Part shown: in pieces, positions 39,903 through 55,085 of the stretch
Position numbering within the stretch: the first letter of the stretch is position 1
How the letters are laid out: each line of letters opens with the position of its first letter
From: the human T2T-CHM13v2.0 reference genome, Homo sapiens
Assembly (NCBI RefSeq): GCF_009914755.1
Contig: NC_060937.1
DNA: 64,000 nt
Direction: 5' to 3' (one strand)
The notes under the pieces: model-generated
What the model was told of the DNA's origin: nothing
The model's input: only the letters and a program-made list of their open reading frames with translations
Databases searched by the model: none
Position numbers and translations under genes: made by a program

Positions 39903-41104
39903 CTACGCATCTACATTTCCTAGTGTCTTCAATTGTACCAAAGTGCCACCGGACCTTTCTGGCTGGACATTGTAATTGTTTCTGGGTCTTGTCATTTCTT
40001 CATCCAGTCACCATGTCCTGACGATTGTTTCTTTTAAATACCTCTGATGTCCTTCTTTCTCTCCATTCCTGCTGTCACTTCTTTGGTGGGAGGCCTATGC
40101 ACCATATGTCTTAAATATTCTGACAGCTTCTTATTCATTTCTTCGTTGAACAGCATTTGCTGAATGCCTTCAAATCCCCAGACTGTGCCCTAGGGATACA
40201 AGAATGGAAAGATAACACATGCTCAGAAAGAGCTCTCAGTGTAGGGGAAGGCAAACAAGAAAACAGAAAAAGTGTTAAGAAAATTTGGTTAAGTGTAGAA
40301 ACAAGTGCTTTGGCAACCCAGAGGAAGAAAGGATTCATTTCCTACCATTGAATTTATAGGTTTTATGCAAATGTAACACCTCAGGCAAGGAAAATTCTAT
40401 CGTCCTGCCTCCTGACTCCTCTACCCACCTCTGCTCTTACAATGGATTTTCTAAAAGGCAATTTTGATCAGACCTCTCCTCAAAGGTAGCCCACAACTTT
40501 CCCATCACATACAGATTAATCTCCATTGTTATTTAACACCACCGTTTACATCAGTGATTCATATCTAGTCCGGAGCCCACTGCCTCCCTTCACTCCACTG
40601 CTATTATTCTCATCCAGTGCATAAAATGCACCACCTTCAATTGTTTACCCACTCTAGTAATCTCGTTTTCCAACTTGATGCTTCCTCCCTGGTTCAGCCT
40701 TTTATAACAAGTCTTTCTATTCTGTTGTAAACCCACCATTTCAACTCACACATCTTCACGTAATTCTCCCTTCGACTATTCTGCTTAAGTGAAATGTACC
40801 ACTTTCTCTGAAGCCTCGTCTTTCTTGCAATCCCCTTGAGAAGGGGCTGCTCCCTCTCTCTTACCCTTGAGGTCCACAGCTCACATAGGAGCTAAGCCAG
40901 CAGGAGGGGGCTCAGCATTCTCTCTCATTCCTATTATCAGACCTGCACTCTTTTCCAAAATCTCTTCTTTCTTTATTTTTGAGGAGAATAGCAGCTATGT
41001 ATAGCCTTCTCCTTTTTTCTCTCCCTCCTTCTCAGTCATGTTTTTCATCTCCCTTTTATGTATTTTGAGGACCTTACCTCTCACGGTTTCCACAGCATCA
41101 CTTG

Positions 41105-41566
41105 CTGCATTAGGCAGGGTAGAGTTTAGATTGCTGTCAAAAAGAAAATTCCAAATGCCATGGCTTAAATAAGTTTGGAGTTTATTTCTGTCATATAAAT
41201 ATCTGAGCAGGTGGTCCACAGCCAGCATGAGGCCTGATAGAGTTGAGGATGTAATACAGTCTGACTTTATTTTGGATGTGGGACTGACTGCTGTTCTACC
41301 TCACCCCTCACTCTTTCCCTTTTACCATACATCTGGGCAAGCCAATAAGGAAGCCTCTGTGCTCCCTCCTTTGGAATCAGCAGGGAGTTCAATCCACACA
41401 AATGCTGGCCAGCTTGAGAACCCTCACCCCATGTCCTCATCACAGTGAAAACCAAAGCCATTCACTCTACCTTTTGCTGAAGCCATTTTGAACCTGCTTG
41501 GGTGCCTGTCCAGCTCTCAACAAAAAGCCTCAATGTGTGAATAATAAACCTTTTCAATGTGTGTAG

Positions 41567-41602
<36 letters not shown>

Positions 41603-42035
41603 ACGTATCAGTCTTGATATCTGATTCAATTTTAGAAAGAGGGCTTCATTCCTACACTCTGCTGAGAAGCTACTAAACAATGACCTGGATGCTTTCCATC
41701 TTGCAATTTTGCCATTTTCAACAAGCAGTTTACATTAAATGACCCAAGATGACTGCTCCAGCTCCTGCCATCACATTCACATTCCAGACAATGGAAAAGA
41801 GGAGAAGAGAAGGGATGTGCACACAATTTCTCTTTCAGAGCATAACCAGTAAGTTGCGCACATTATTTCTTACTCATGTTCTGTTGGCCAGAATCTAGAA
41901 GCACAGACAACTATCAGGGAACTGAGAAATGTACTCTTTATCTGGGTACATTATTTGGATAGGCAAACCAAATAGTCTATAGCTATACAAGAAAGAGAGA
42001 ATAGATGTTAAGGAATAAGGAGCAGTCTCTCCTAC
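41105..42035 (-). mobile_element. MLT1J-like LTR interrupted by an ERVL-class LTR (~41245-41635, contains a (TG)n)
   Basis: tggcttaaataagtttggagtttattt ... ccaagatgactgctccagctcctgccatcacatt ... gagcagtctctcc; inner element has aataaacc and LTR-like sequence. Confidence 0.6.
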
Positions 42036-42854
42036 CCTTACTTCACAGTCTGATGGAGGAAAAATTACTTAGCTTGTCAAAACTAAAAAATAGTAAGACT
42101 TAGTGAGTCTTTAGGACCAAGATAAGACAAGAATGGAAGAATTAAGTTCATATTCCTAGCCTACTGACTTGATGTATCATAGGCACACCATACATAGTAA
42201 CTTGCTATTATTATGAAGCAATACTAAAAATATTACTTCTATTAATAATAATATTTTCCTCAACCATAAATTCTGTTATCATCACAGAAAAACTTTCTGT
42301 ACATAGTAGACTAGTAATTCAAATATTTATTCTTTCCTGAGTCTGAATTTCATTTGCCTGCATATCCATTCTGTTTGATCAATCTGATGATATTACCATG
42401 CTCTTTCTTGTCCTTATCTACATTGTAGTAATTGCTAAGCCCAATATCCACTCTGTAATTTTAACCACCTAACCCACTTCTTTTTTTTCCTTCCACTCTT
42501 CCATATTTCTGTTCTTCAGTTCCCTATTCTTCCTTCATTTTGTCCTTCCATTCTTTCTTCTTTCCGATTTCTATAGTTCCTTATCACTCCTAAGCTATAT
42601 TTCAGTTTTTTCCTCACCCGACTCACTTTCTCATTCCTCTCAGTACCTAGAATAACAAGTTTCCACCCATCTCTTACTCGGCAACTTCACCATCCTTAAT
42701 AGACATCCACATTATTTTGAAGAACAGAAAGCCCACTAGGAAATACACTGCCTACTTAATTTCTCTCTCCAAAATCAGTGAATATCTGTTTCTCTTCCTC
42801 TCCAGAGTAAAACTTTTCAACTCATTTCTTCTCAGGCACTTATCTGTTTAGAGC

Positions 42855-43158
<304 letters not shown>

Positions 43159-43219
43159 TGGAGCCTTTTATTTGCTATTTATTTAGCCACTCCATGTCCA
43201 CCATCGTCTTTTCTTAGAA

Positions 43220-43735
43220 GGTATAATGATAATCTGTTGCTGTGTAACAAATTGTTCTCAAATTTAGAGGCTTAAAAAATGAATTATGTCATATTTTTGG
43301 TAGTTGAGGAATATGGACACAGCTTAGGGTTTCTCAGAAGGTTGTAATCAAGGTGTCATATGGGGCTGCAGTCTCATCTGAAGTTTAAGGAAGAACCCCT
43401 TTCAAGCTCCCTCATGTGGGAGAAAGGTCTGGGGTCCTCACTGGCTGGTGGACTTAGGATTTCTGTTACTTACCACATAGACTGCTCTATAGAACAGTTC
43501 CCAGTATGGCAGATGGCTTCCCCGAGAGAGAATAAAGGAGAGAGTCCACACAGAACAAGCAAGATAGAAGCTGAGGTAATCTAAGTATTGACTCCCAACA
43601 ATGTTACTGCATTCTACATATTAGAAGCAAGTCACTAGGTAGTCTAGCCCCATCAAAGGAAAAGGGATTGCATAGGGCATGAACATCAGCATATGGGAGT
43701 CCTTGGGAGTCATTTGTGAAGCTGCCTACCCTGGA
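43220..43735 (-). mobile_element. MLT1 LTR
   Basis: gttgctgtgtaacaaatt ... gaagctgcctacc. Confidence 0.7.
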
Positions 43736-43739
43736 AGGT

Positions 43740-45155
43740 TACACATGCCTTCTTTGTTATCAAGCCTCCTGAAAAGGTGGGCCAAGTCCACTGTTTTCAA
43801 TTCTTCTTCTTCCCATTGATGTCTTGCTTTTGTCCCCACCTCTGTTCTGTTGGCTCTACTAGAGTCATTAATGTCTTCCAAATGCCAGACTCAGTAGGCA
43901 ATATTTTTGTCTTAGATTATTCTAATTCTTTGCAGAATTTGACAACAATTTGATATAACTGACTACTCCTTATTCTAATATATTTCCTTTGGCTATCCTG
44001 ACATTATTCCCTCTTGGTTCATCCATTACCTAACCTCCTCCTTTTTCATTATCATCTTACATGATAATAATTGTTCTCATTCCTCTTCTTCTCACTTTTT
44101 CTATTCTTCCTGAGAAGTCTCATTGGCTTCAGCTGCCCTACATATGCTAATGACTCCAGCCCAAGTCTCTCTCTTGTCCTCAAGACACATATATTCTAAT
44201 GAACTGCCAAATGACCATTCCAAATTTGACACTGAAAATCTAATATGTCCCACACAGAAATCATATCTTTCTGCCACCATGACACCACATTCCTCTTCCT
44301 GAGTTTCTCTTTTGATGGATTGCACTATCGTCCACTCTCTCACTCCAGCCATGATTCCAGGAATCAATCTAGGCTCCTCTTGCTCACCTCCTACAGCAAA
44401 CTGATTGAACACTATTCATTTCATGCTCTCCTCTCCTTTTACTTAATTTGGCTCCCTCCTCTCTGTCTTCACTGCTGCTTTTGCCAGCTCAGCTGTCATT
44501 ATTTCTCTTCTGGATTATTAAATTGTCTCCCTGCCTTCTAATCCTCCCCTTTAATCTATCCTAAGCACAGCTGTCAAGCTGATCTTTCTATGATACAAAT
44601 TTAATTATTTCATTGCTCTATTTTAATATCCCCAAATGGCTCCCTATCTTCCACAGGATCGAATCTTAGTGCTGAATGACATGGCATACAAGGATTTGGT
44701 CTTTGCCTCATTCTCCTACCTTTTTCATCTTACTCTCCTACAGGTTTCCTACTCTCCAGCCATACTAAACTATGTGCAATTCCTTGACCACACCCTGTGT
44801 TCTCTTGCCTCTATTCTTGGGCACATGCTCTTTCCAAGAATGTTCTTTGTATTGATGATCTTCCTCCTATATCTAGCTAATTTCTATTCTTTACTCAGAC
44901 TCAGCACAGAAGTCACCTTCAGATGTCCTTCTTTGAGACTCTCCCAGTCAGACTCATTTTCCTTCCCTTATTTTATGTTCCCATCACATCCTATGCAAAC
45001 TTACAGTATAGTGCTTATGCCACTAGGCTATTCATATTGATTTCTTGCTGTCTCCCTCAAGAGAAAGCAAGACAGGCTTACAGATATTCTACCTTCGAAC
45101 CTTTCATAATGCCTGGTTCACAGAAGGCATTAAATAAATGTTTGATGAGTAAATT
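43740..45155 (+). mobile_element. L2 LINE 3' region
   Basis: atatgctaatgactccagc ... cctggttcacagaaggcattaaataaatgtttgatgagt. Confidence 0.8.
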
Positions 45156-45615
45156 GTAGGGGAGAAATGTAATATCTTTTCCTTACCCACCACGAGGTTC
45201 ATGGTTGAGACCCCTACAACAAAAGATAAAAGCATAGAAATTTATTTAATAAAAGTTTTACATGACATGGGAACCCTCAGAAATGAAGACTCAAAGACCC
45301 AGGGAAAACTGTAATTTATGCACAGTCATGTGGAAATATGATTGGAGGATAAAAAGGTAGGATCTACTGATAATAAGCTGGTGGTGGATGGGGACTTAGG
45401 AAGACCTGTTTGTTCCTATCCTTTTCTGTGTCCTTGTGTGACATTTCTTCCTCTGGATATAGGGTAGGACACTGTGATATGAGGGTCTTCAGGAGAGAAA
45501 GAATAAGAGAAGCTCAGAGAGACTTTCCTGCTTCTGTGGTTTTCTCAGTTTTCTTCAACTCAAAACACTCACTATGCCAAGGTGCCACATTTTAGGGTAG
45601 CATGTTCTGAGCTCT
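45155..45615 (-). mobile_element. ERV1 solo LTR (MER34/MER39-like)
   Basis: tgtaggggagaaa ... gccaaggtgccacattttagggtagcatgttctgag. Confidence 0.7.
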
Positions 45616-46384
45616 AATAGAACAAATTTTTCATTCAAAATCCTCAAGCTAAACCAATTTCCCCAGCCATTCATTACATTTTTCTATCTCCTACCCTGAG
45701 TTCTAGGTTTTTCCTACCTCCACCTTGACATCCTGGAACTTGTCAGCAGATACAAAGGGTTCTAGCAGGAAGAAAAGCCACTATGTATTTATCAAGTTGG
45801 AAAATTAACTGCAGTATTATTTTAGTTGTTATTTTTGTTGTTTTAATAAATAAAAGATACAAAAGAGGTTAAGTCTAAATTTGTCCATTTTGGTAACTTG
45901 TAATCTGATTAAGTGAGAAAGAATATTATATAATAAAAACTTGTTCTCATATATATAAAGGACAATAAAGGCAGTAAGTCTTCAGTCGGTAGGCAGTGTA
46001 GGAAAGGTTATAAGTTCTCCAAGGGTAGGGAGAGATGGGTGCTGGTCATCATTCCTGGAAGACCACAGAGGAGGAATGCCACCTCGGGTTTGTCAGCTGA
46101 AGCATTGGCCATTGTGTTGGTGGCTGAAGGTTAGATGCATGAGGTGTAGGTGGGAGTGAGGGCAAAGAGAGGAGTCTGTTTCTGGTAGTTTTAGGAACTT
46201 AGGAAAATATTCAAGAAAAATCTGAATATTACCTTTTTTGAATTTGAACTTGGTCATGTAGCAAAAAAGAAAAGCTCTTGACGTGCATGAACTGAAAAAC
46301 CCATATATGCTCCGAAATACTAATGTAATCTTCACTGGCCAGGTCAGAAAGCCAAATATGTTGATAGAGGCATGGTTGCACTTA

Positions 46385-47170
46385 TTTTTATTTTTATTTT
46401 ATTTGCTTATTTATTTTTTGAGACAGGGTCTTGCCCTGTCACCCAAGCTGAAGTGCTGTAGCATGAACACAGCTCACTGCAGCCTCGATTTCCTGGGCCT
46501 TAGCTTCCCAAATAGCTGGGACCACAGGAGTTAACCCCCATGCCAGACTAAATTTTTGAATTTTTTTTTGTAGAGATGGGGATCTTACTAAGGGAGGAGA
46601 CCACCCCTCATATTGTCTTATGCCCAATTTCTGCCTCCAAAGAAAGAAGAAGTAAAAACTAAAAGGCAGAAATGAAATCCACAAGCAGACAGCCTGGCTC
46701 CACACCCTGGGCCTGGTAGTTAAAGATCGACCCCTGACCTAATCGGTTATGTTTTCTATAGATTACAGACGTTGTATACAAAAGCACTGTGAAAATCCCT
46801 ATCCTGTTCTGTTCTGTTCTGTTCTGTTCTGTTCTAATTACCGGTGCATGCAGCCCCCAGTCACGTACCCCCTGCTTGCTCAATCGATCACGACCCTCTC
46901 ACGGGGACTCCCTTAGAGTTGTGAGCCCTTAAAAGGGACAGGAATTGCTCACTCAGGGAGCTCGGTTGTTGGAGACATGAGTCTTGCCGAAGCTCCCGGC
47001 GGAATAAAGCCCTTCTTTCTTTAACTCGGTGTCTGAGGGGTTTTGTTTGCAGCTTGTCCTGCTACATTACCATGTTGCCAGTGTGGTCTTAAAGTCCTGG
47101 GCTCCAGCAACCCTCCTATTTCATTCTCTGCTATTGCTGAGATTACAGGCATGATGAGCCCCTGTTCTGG
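46385..47170 (-). mobile_element. AluJ split by LTR2
   Basis: Antisense Alu to gagatggggatcttac (46588); resumes ttaccatgttgcc (47067). Confidence 0.88.
46589..47066 (+). mobile_element. LTR2 (HERV-E/Harlequin) solo LTR
   Basis: taagggaggagaccacccctcatattgtcttatgcc ... gtcctgctaca; TATA-like cttaaaag, AATAAA ~47003; 4-bp TSD ttac. Confidence 0.88.
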
Positions 47171-48734
47171 CTCATTTTTATTTTTGAAGAAAACTTACAA
47201 ATAGTACTTATAAAAATAGCAATTTAATACAGAACTAGGAATACCTGGGTTGGAACCAATGCTGTTTTAGTGAACAGTGCCCGGGAAATACTGTATAAAA
47301 TAAACATCAATCAAACTATAGCTAGTTGTGATTTCTCATATGACAATATTTGCTTCTAAATTTTATTCTCAATACTCTAAATAGTGTCATGTATTATGAA
47401 ATATTTGAGCAATCCATAAAATAATAGCATAGCACACATACACAGTCACACATGGTCAAGTACCTGACAGTGGAATGCTATTGAAACGTAAGTTAAATTT
47501 TTTTTAAATGTTAATATGTGAACCATATCAATTTACATTAATATTTTGTTTGCTTACCAATTAGTCAGCATTATTTTTAAGGAAATCCTCTTTCATAGAT
47601 TAAAATTTCTGTCTCCTATATGTTTTTATTTTATCTGACATCATACTTTTAGATAAAAATGATTTATTGTAATGAATATGTCTATGGAATTATCTAATTT
47701 TAAATTTTCAATAACGTTTTTCTTCCCTTACCAGTTCTTTCTTTCAATGTAGAAAAAAATAGGTTAATTTATGTAACATTTAAAAAAATAACAAATTGGA
47801 AATTAGTACAAGGTTTTTTTCCCCACATTCATTAACTCATTTTTTCTGATAACTATGTTTTCGGATAATTGGTTTACTAAAATATGTCAAATAATTTAAT
47901 GCCTTAAATATGTAATTCTGCTATGCTTATATACATAAGGACATTTTTCTTCATTTTTAATTTTATTTTCATATCTTGCCAGCAAAATAACTTTCAGCAC
48001 TTTTGTTAAACATTACATGCATCTAATACATCCATATGAAACATAGTTTTAAAGACATGAGGGGATAGTTTTATGTTTCCATATAAGCCAAAGTGCCTAT
48101 ATCTTTGCTTTTGTTTAAGTGACACAGTACCTTGAATTACTTTTTAAAAATAGCAACCTTGGACAGCCATTCTTTCAATAGAACTCTCTTATGTTGTTCT
48201 CATTTTTCAATTGAGTTTCTGTTGAGTTGAATTTTATGGCATTAATTACTGACTTGCCTGAGTTGGATTCATTAAAAAAATGTGTAAGTACATATCTGAC
48301 AAGCTGTATACATTAATCTTGGGCTTTACTTCCTTTAAGCCATGGGTATACGTGTAAACCTCTAAATATTGATTGCCGCTTGGGGTTTGGGGTTGGTGGG
48401 AGGTAGGAATAGTTTCCTGCAAATGCAAATAGTCAATTAGCTTTTATAACTACTCTTCAATTAAAATAAAAATAGAATTCTCTGGGGAGAAATCTAACCA
48501 GAAAGATCACTTCTCTGTAAATAGGCCAGTCAATTTAACAGAAAAAAGCCTCCAGCACCTAGCACTCATTCCCATATATATTGATTTATTCAGTTAACAA
48601 ATATTTACTGAGTGCATATGCTGTCCAAGGCATATTGTGTCCATCAATTACATTTTGTGCACACAGTGACATGACTCAGTTTTGGCAACAAGGCGAGTGA
48701 ACAAGGACTAGTATTTCATACTACAACCACTATT

Positions 48735-48790
48735 GCTGCTGCTGCTGCTGCTGCTACTACTATTAGTACTACTACTACTATTACTACTGG
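48735..48790. repeat. (CTG)n-(CTA)n compound trinucleotide repeat within L2/MIR remnants
   Basis: gctgctgctgctgctgctgctactactattagtactactactac. Confidence 0.9.
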
Positions 48791-51700
48791 CAACAACCAC
48801 CACTGACCCTGCACCAGGGTCAGACAGTGTTCTAACATCCTTATAGCCAAGATTGCTTTCAACTACCTGGAAATAGAGAAATTATGGTGTCCATTTTGCA
48901 GATAAGAAATTGAGACAGTTTGTTTTTCATGAAATCATCAGACATAGAAATATAGGAAAAATAACTGGAGAAAGCTTTTATTTCCCTTTCAGAGAGGAGA
49001 CACCATTGTAAGAGTAATGGTAAACCAAGAGGAATGAGGAGGATACAGAAAACCCAAAGTAAGAGTTTTCTTATTCTCAAAATCCAGAAAAAATGAAAGA
49101 GGAATGAAAATCAGGGTGATAGCAGGAGTTATTTTCTGCCATTTACCTTCAAACCAATTCTTTGACAGTGGGGAGGAGGTAAAGCAGAAAGTGAGATGAC
49201 AATGAAGAACACTATGGTGGATTCCAACCTGCTCTTCTCCTTTTATGTTAAAATATAGTTTATTTCAAGTAATCTAAACATTTTCTTGTAGTCTTTGTGT
49301 TTCTTTCTTTTGCTGAGTTTTCTGTGAGCCTGTTACTTATTCATCCCCAAATCCTCTGCAAGATTGAAAAATCCTTCGATACATTTACAAACAACGTAAA
49401 ATGTGTCCACCTCATCCCTGATTTCACCATGGATGCTTCCATAAATGTCTGTTTGTCTCCAATGCTTTGAAATTTCCCACTAAAGCGACTTGGTGTGAGG
49501 TATTTTCCAACCATTGTGCTAAGCACTTGGGAGGTGGGCTCATTCCACCTGAAATAAATCACACCCTGCATTTTGAGTAGTTTATTGCTGCTATTATTAT
49601 TGAATTATTTGACAATTATTCCCTTGTATGGTCTCTGTTCTCTCCTCTGGTATCTTTTATTTTTATGTTTCCTTTACTATACTGATTCTCTATTTTATTT
49701 TTATCTTCAGTTTTTCATCTCTGTCTTTGTGTTCTAGTTTCTTAAAATTATATTCCATTATGAGGTTGGGTTTTATATTTCTACTATCACATCTTTAATA
49801 TTCTAGGAGTTTATTTTCATTCTCTGAGTTCTCCTTTTTTAGTTTATTTATTTCAAGGGTTTACCTAAATAGTGTTTTGGAGAACAATAATAATAATTTT
49901 TGAAGTATTGTTTTACTCCTTACACTCTGTTTCCTCCACTAAGAATAGTGAAAAAAAATTGAAATTAGCTGGGGATAAAAATAACTAAAAAAGAATAGAC
50001 AAGTGCAAATAGGATCTGCCCTATATATTCTCCAAATTCTCTCTAGCCAAATGTTCTATTTCTACAAAGCACATCTGACTTCTTAATGTTGTGTTTTATA
50101 TGTATTTGAATACATGATTATTATCTAAAATGCTGGAAAGCACCCTTCTCTAGGGTAGAAGCCTTTGTCCATCTCGTTCCCTGTTGTACTCCAGTGTCTG
50201 GAACAGTGATTGAATATATGGTAAGTGAGCAATAAATTGTTATTGGATTAATACATGATTGAATAAGTGAAGAAAACTGTAAAATCTTATTTGAGAACAT
50301 AATATGAAAATTTAATCAACGGGAAGATGGACCATAATTCCTATTTGGCAACACTTATATTACACATATATTTTAAGGTCATTTTTGCTATCATGTTAAG
50401 TATACTCCAAAAGTGGAATATGGAGATCTGATTTTGGCTGTTACAGACATGACATCTCTCAGCATATAAAGCTCACTTGAACCAAAGAGATAATAGGGAT
50501 ATAGAATGAAAAGTTAGGAAAAAAATCTATTTTGGCAAGAAAATTCAGCAAGACTTTCTGCATTATGTTGCATAGTGTGCATTCACAACTATATTCTACT
50601 TTTCAAAAATTATTAATATATTTCTCTAATGATGGTTATCTAGGTTGCTTCCAATATCTGACTTCCACTAGTAATGGTATGTTGAAAATCTTATACATAT
50701 CTCCTCATCAGCTTGTGAGATAATTTGTCTGGATGGAAATGTTAAGATGTAGGATATACCTGGATGGTTATCTGAATGACTACACCTGCTTACACTCCTC
50801 AGAATTTCCATTGCCCTATAACCTTGCTAATGCTTGGCACCATGCAACATTCTAAATTTTTCCAATCTCATGGGTGTAAAGTGGTCTCTCATTATTTTAA
50901 TGTGCATTTATTTGCAAATTAAAAGGTTGAGTTTAATTGTGAAATTGAATATTTCTACATGTTTAGCCACTAAGATTTTTCCTCAGCTTATTAATATCCC
51001 TTTTCCATGTCTCTATTTGATTACTTTTCTTTATCATGTTGATTTGTAGAAGTTCTTTGTATGAACAAATTATTTGATCTATGTTGATCTTGGATATCTG
51101 TCAGTCTGTTGTATATCTTTTAACTTTGCCGATGATTTCCATGGGGCAAAAGAAATACTTTCATTCTTGAATTCAATGGAAATGATGGGATCCTGTTGTG
51201 GCGGGGGCCAAGGGGCAGCAATGCACTCATCACCATAACAAGATGGGCTGGTTACCATAATAAATAGCAGAACTAAAGCACTAACCATAGTAGTTTTACC
51301 CACAGAGATTGTCAGCATTGCCTAATTATTCATGGTGTCCTTAGACCTGAAATAGTTGGCTTATTAAGGGCTTACTTGATTCGTGTAAGTAAAAAGCTGC
51401 ATGTATTTATCTGGAAGACTGACTTGAATCACGAAAGGCAGTCATGATCCCTCAATTACAAGAATCGAGCCAGATGACAGGTCCAGAGTCCCTTAAATGA
51501 AGAGGAGACCAAGTCCCCTTGAGGAGGGACAACGCAACATAGCTAAAAATTGATGCTGTCATTTTGTAGTTTTCTCCGAGGGGATCTGTGGCCATTTACC
51601 AGGGTGGTTATGCATTAGGGAAGGCAAAATAACCAGACTATTTAGGGATCACTATAGTCTGGCTCTGAACTGATACCAGTTCCTAGAGATTCCAATGTCA

Positions 51701-52406
51701 CTTTGATCCACCAGGCAGAGTAGGAAATTCTGAAGTTCAAGTGATCGATGGAGTTTGGCTGGGTTTGTCTCACAGGGGGCCCATTGCACACATTCTGTGG
51801 TTATTCTCCAATTCTGAAACGCATAATTAAAATTGACATGTGCAGAACTGGCAGAATCTCCACATTGCTTCCATGACTCTAGGAGAGAGGGCTATTATGA
51901 TGGGAAAGTGAAAGCCACTGGAACTATTCCTTTTCTAAAATAGTGAATCAAATGCAATACTACATCCCTAGAGGGGCTGCAGAGATTAGTGCCACCATCA
52001 TGGACTTTAAGGATACGGGGTGGCGACTCTCCCCACATCCCCATTAAACTCATTATTTGGTTTATGTAGAAGACAAATGGATATTGAAGAATGACCATGG
52101 CTTATCGTAAAACTCGTCCAGTGATGAATTCAATTGCAGCTGTTGTTAAAAATGTGCTCAACTCTCCAGGCCTGTCATAACCTGATCTATAGCAGCCTTG
52201 TTCATCCCTCCATCCCATAGAAAATCACACTGGTCCACGGCGTGGGGGTGATGGTGTTGATTAGACCTGGTGAGCAGGAAAGTAACAAGTATTCCTTAGT
52301 AGATGCCTAAGTAAGATATTTGCATGCCTGAAGGCATAAAATAAATTCCACAAAAATCCAGATGTTTGCCACCTGACAAAAATAATTTGAGTTCTGGTGT
52401 TCTAGG

Positions 52407-52618
52407 GCAGGGATTATAAACTGTGACTCACAGGCCAAACAGTGACACTGGTCAGAGACCAGTTTTTATATGGCCTGTGGGCTAAAAATATTTTTTTACA
52501 TATTTGAATGATCACATATTTTTTTTAAAAGACAACTACGTAATAGAAACTGTATGTGGCCTGCAAACTCTAAAATATTTACTATCAGGTTCTTTTTAGA
52601 AAATGTTTTCTCATCTGG
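52407..52618 (+). mobile_element. MER58-like hAT-Charlie MITE within ERV-L
   Basis: cacaggccaaac ... tgtggcctgcaaactctaaaatatttactatc. Confidence 0.7.
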
Positions 52619-53488
52619 ACCATGTTGAAATGTTTTTTCAAGGTAAGGAACAAGTTGGTACATTTGAATACTCCTACCACGAAGAGAGAGGCAGTAACCC
52701 TAGGGGGCATCTTTAGATCTTAAAAGCAATATATATACTTCATTTGAATATGCAATTCTGATACATTTACTCAGTATCCAGAAAGATTTCCAATTCTTAG
52801 CATGGTTCAGGACAAGAGTAGGCTCTGTAACAGGTCTTGCTGCTGTGCAATTGCTCTCTCATTTGGACCATATGACCTACCAGATCTCATGGTGCTTGAA
52901 GCATCTGTGGCAGATAGAGATGCTGTTTGGAGCCTTTGGCAAGTCTCAATAGGAGAATGACAGTGCACTTCTTTATGGTTTTGGATAAAAGTTATGCCAA
53001 TCTGTGCAGATAGCTACTTTTTAAGAAACAGTTTCTGACTTGCTACTAGCCTGAATGCTTGACCATGGAGCAATTTGCAATATAACCTGAGTTGCCCATC
53101 CTGAATGAATGTTATCTGATGCACCAAGTCATAAAGTTATGCATGCACAGCAACCCTTGATCATCAAATAGAAGTGATTCACACACACACACATCTTGCT
53201 GGCAGGTTGATACATTGAACTATGTTCATCATGGAAGAGGCAGCACTTTCTTCTCACTAGAATGCAATACTTTGCTTTCCCTAAACACAATGCATCTACT
53301 AAAGCCACTATGCTAACAATATTGCTTTTAACTATACATATGGTTATATGAGTATATAACATATACTATTATTATTATCTCAAACATAATATAATATTGA
53401 GTTTGAGAAGGTCCTGAAAGCAATGAGCAAGCATCCAGTTGCCCAAAACTGCTACATTTGCCTTCAACTCATATCTATGTCCTTATGA

Positions 53489-53668
<180 letters not shown>

Positions 53669-55085
53669 TGACTGTAGAAGAAAACCTTTAGATCTGCATT
53701 ACACATGGTTCTGCATTATTTGCTGTCACTACCTGAAAGTACATGTTTGCAGCACTGTAGCCCCATCCAGGTGGCCCCGAAGGACAGTGATAAAGAAAAA
53801 TTCTCCCAGCAGAGCTTTGAGAAGTGCATTTGGTTGTTTTCTGGAAAGAAATATGGCCAAAAGTACAGATCTACATCATGTCATGGGCAGTGATTAATGG
53901 TTTGGCTTTGGGGTTATGGACTTAGAAGAAGAAGAAGAAGAATTAAAACACAGGTGACAAGGAAGTCTAGGGAAGAGGTCTGTGGATTGCTCTCACCTAA
54001 TGGGTACAGAGTTTGAAGATATTCATGTCTCATGTGAATGCTCACCAAAGGACAAATCAGCAGAGAAAGGTCTTAATAATAAGGTGGACAAGATGACATA
54101 TTTTGTGGATGTCAGTCAGCTTCTTTTCTTATCTTACCTTAAACTCACCCCAAAGTCTCATAAACAAAGTTGTCATAGCAGCAGAGACAGAAGTTGCACA
54201 TAGACTCTATAATGTGGACTTCTACTCACTAAGGCCAATCTGGCTCAACTGCTACTGAATGTCCCACCTGCCAACAGCAGAAAGTAGTGATAAGGCGTTA
54301 ATATGGCATTATTCCTCAGGGGATCGTGTTGGCAGGTTGATACGCTGAACTATTTTCCTCATGGAAGGGACAGAACTTTCTTCTCACTAGAATATAATGC
54401 TTACTCTGCTGTCCCTAATTACAGTGCATCTACCAAGGCTGCTATGCTAACAACATTGCTTTTGACCAAAGAACTCATTTTCAATATAGCAATGGATTTA
54501 TGCTTGTAGAATTTCCTGATTTTAATATAGCACATTAATATTACTCTGAAATATCTGATCTGATAGAAAGTGGAATCGCTTTTTAAAGATTCAGTTCTGG
54601 TACCAGCTGGGTTTCAACATCTGGCAGGTCTTCCAGCCCACAATATATACTCTAATCGTTCCCTATTCCATTGTTCAGTTTTTCTATGTTTAAGAATCAT
54701 GGGTCTGAGAATCAAGGGGTGAAAATGAGAGTGGCTTTTCTTTCTATTAGCTCTAGTGATCCACTAGAAAAGTTTTTGTTTCCTACCCCCGTGACTTTGG
54801 GTATTGTTGATCTATGGGTTTCCTAAGCAAGGAAAACTTCCAAAAAGATATAGCAATGGATCTATTTAACTAGAAGTCGAGACTACCACCTAACCATTTG
54901 GGGCTCTGAATTACTAAATAAAATAAATTGACAAAAAAAATTTACTGTAGTAGCTGGAGTGATGGATTCTAATGAAGGGGAAAGTTGGTTGCTACCATGC
55001 AATGGAGATAATGAAGAGTATGTCTGCAATGCAGGAGTTCCTCTGGCCTGCCTCTCAGTCCTCCTAGGTCCTGTAATAACATCAA

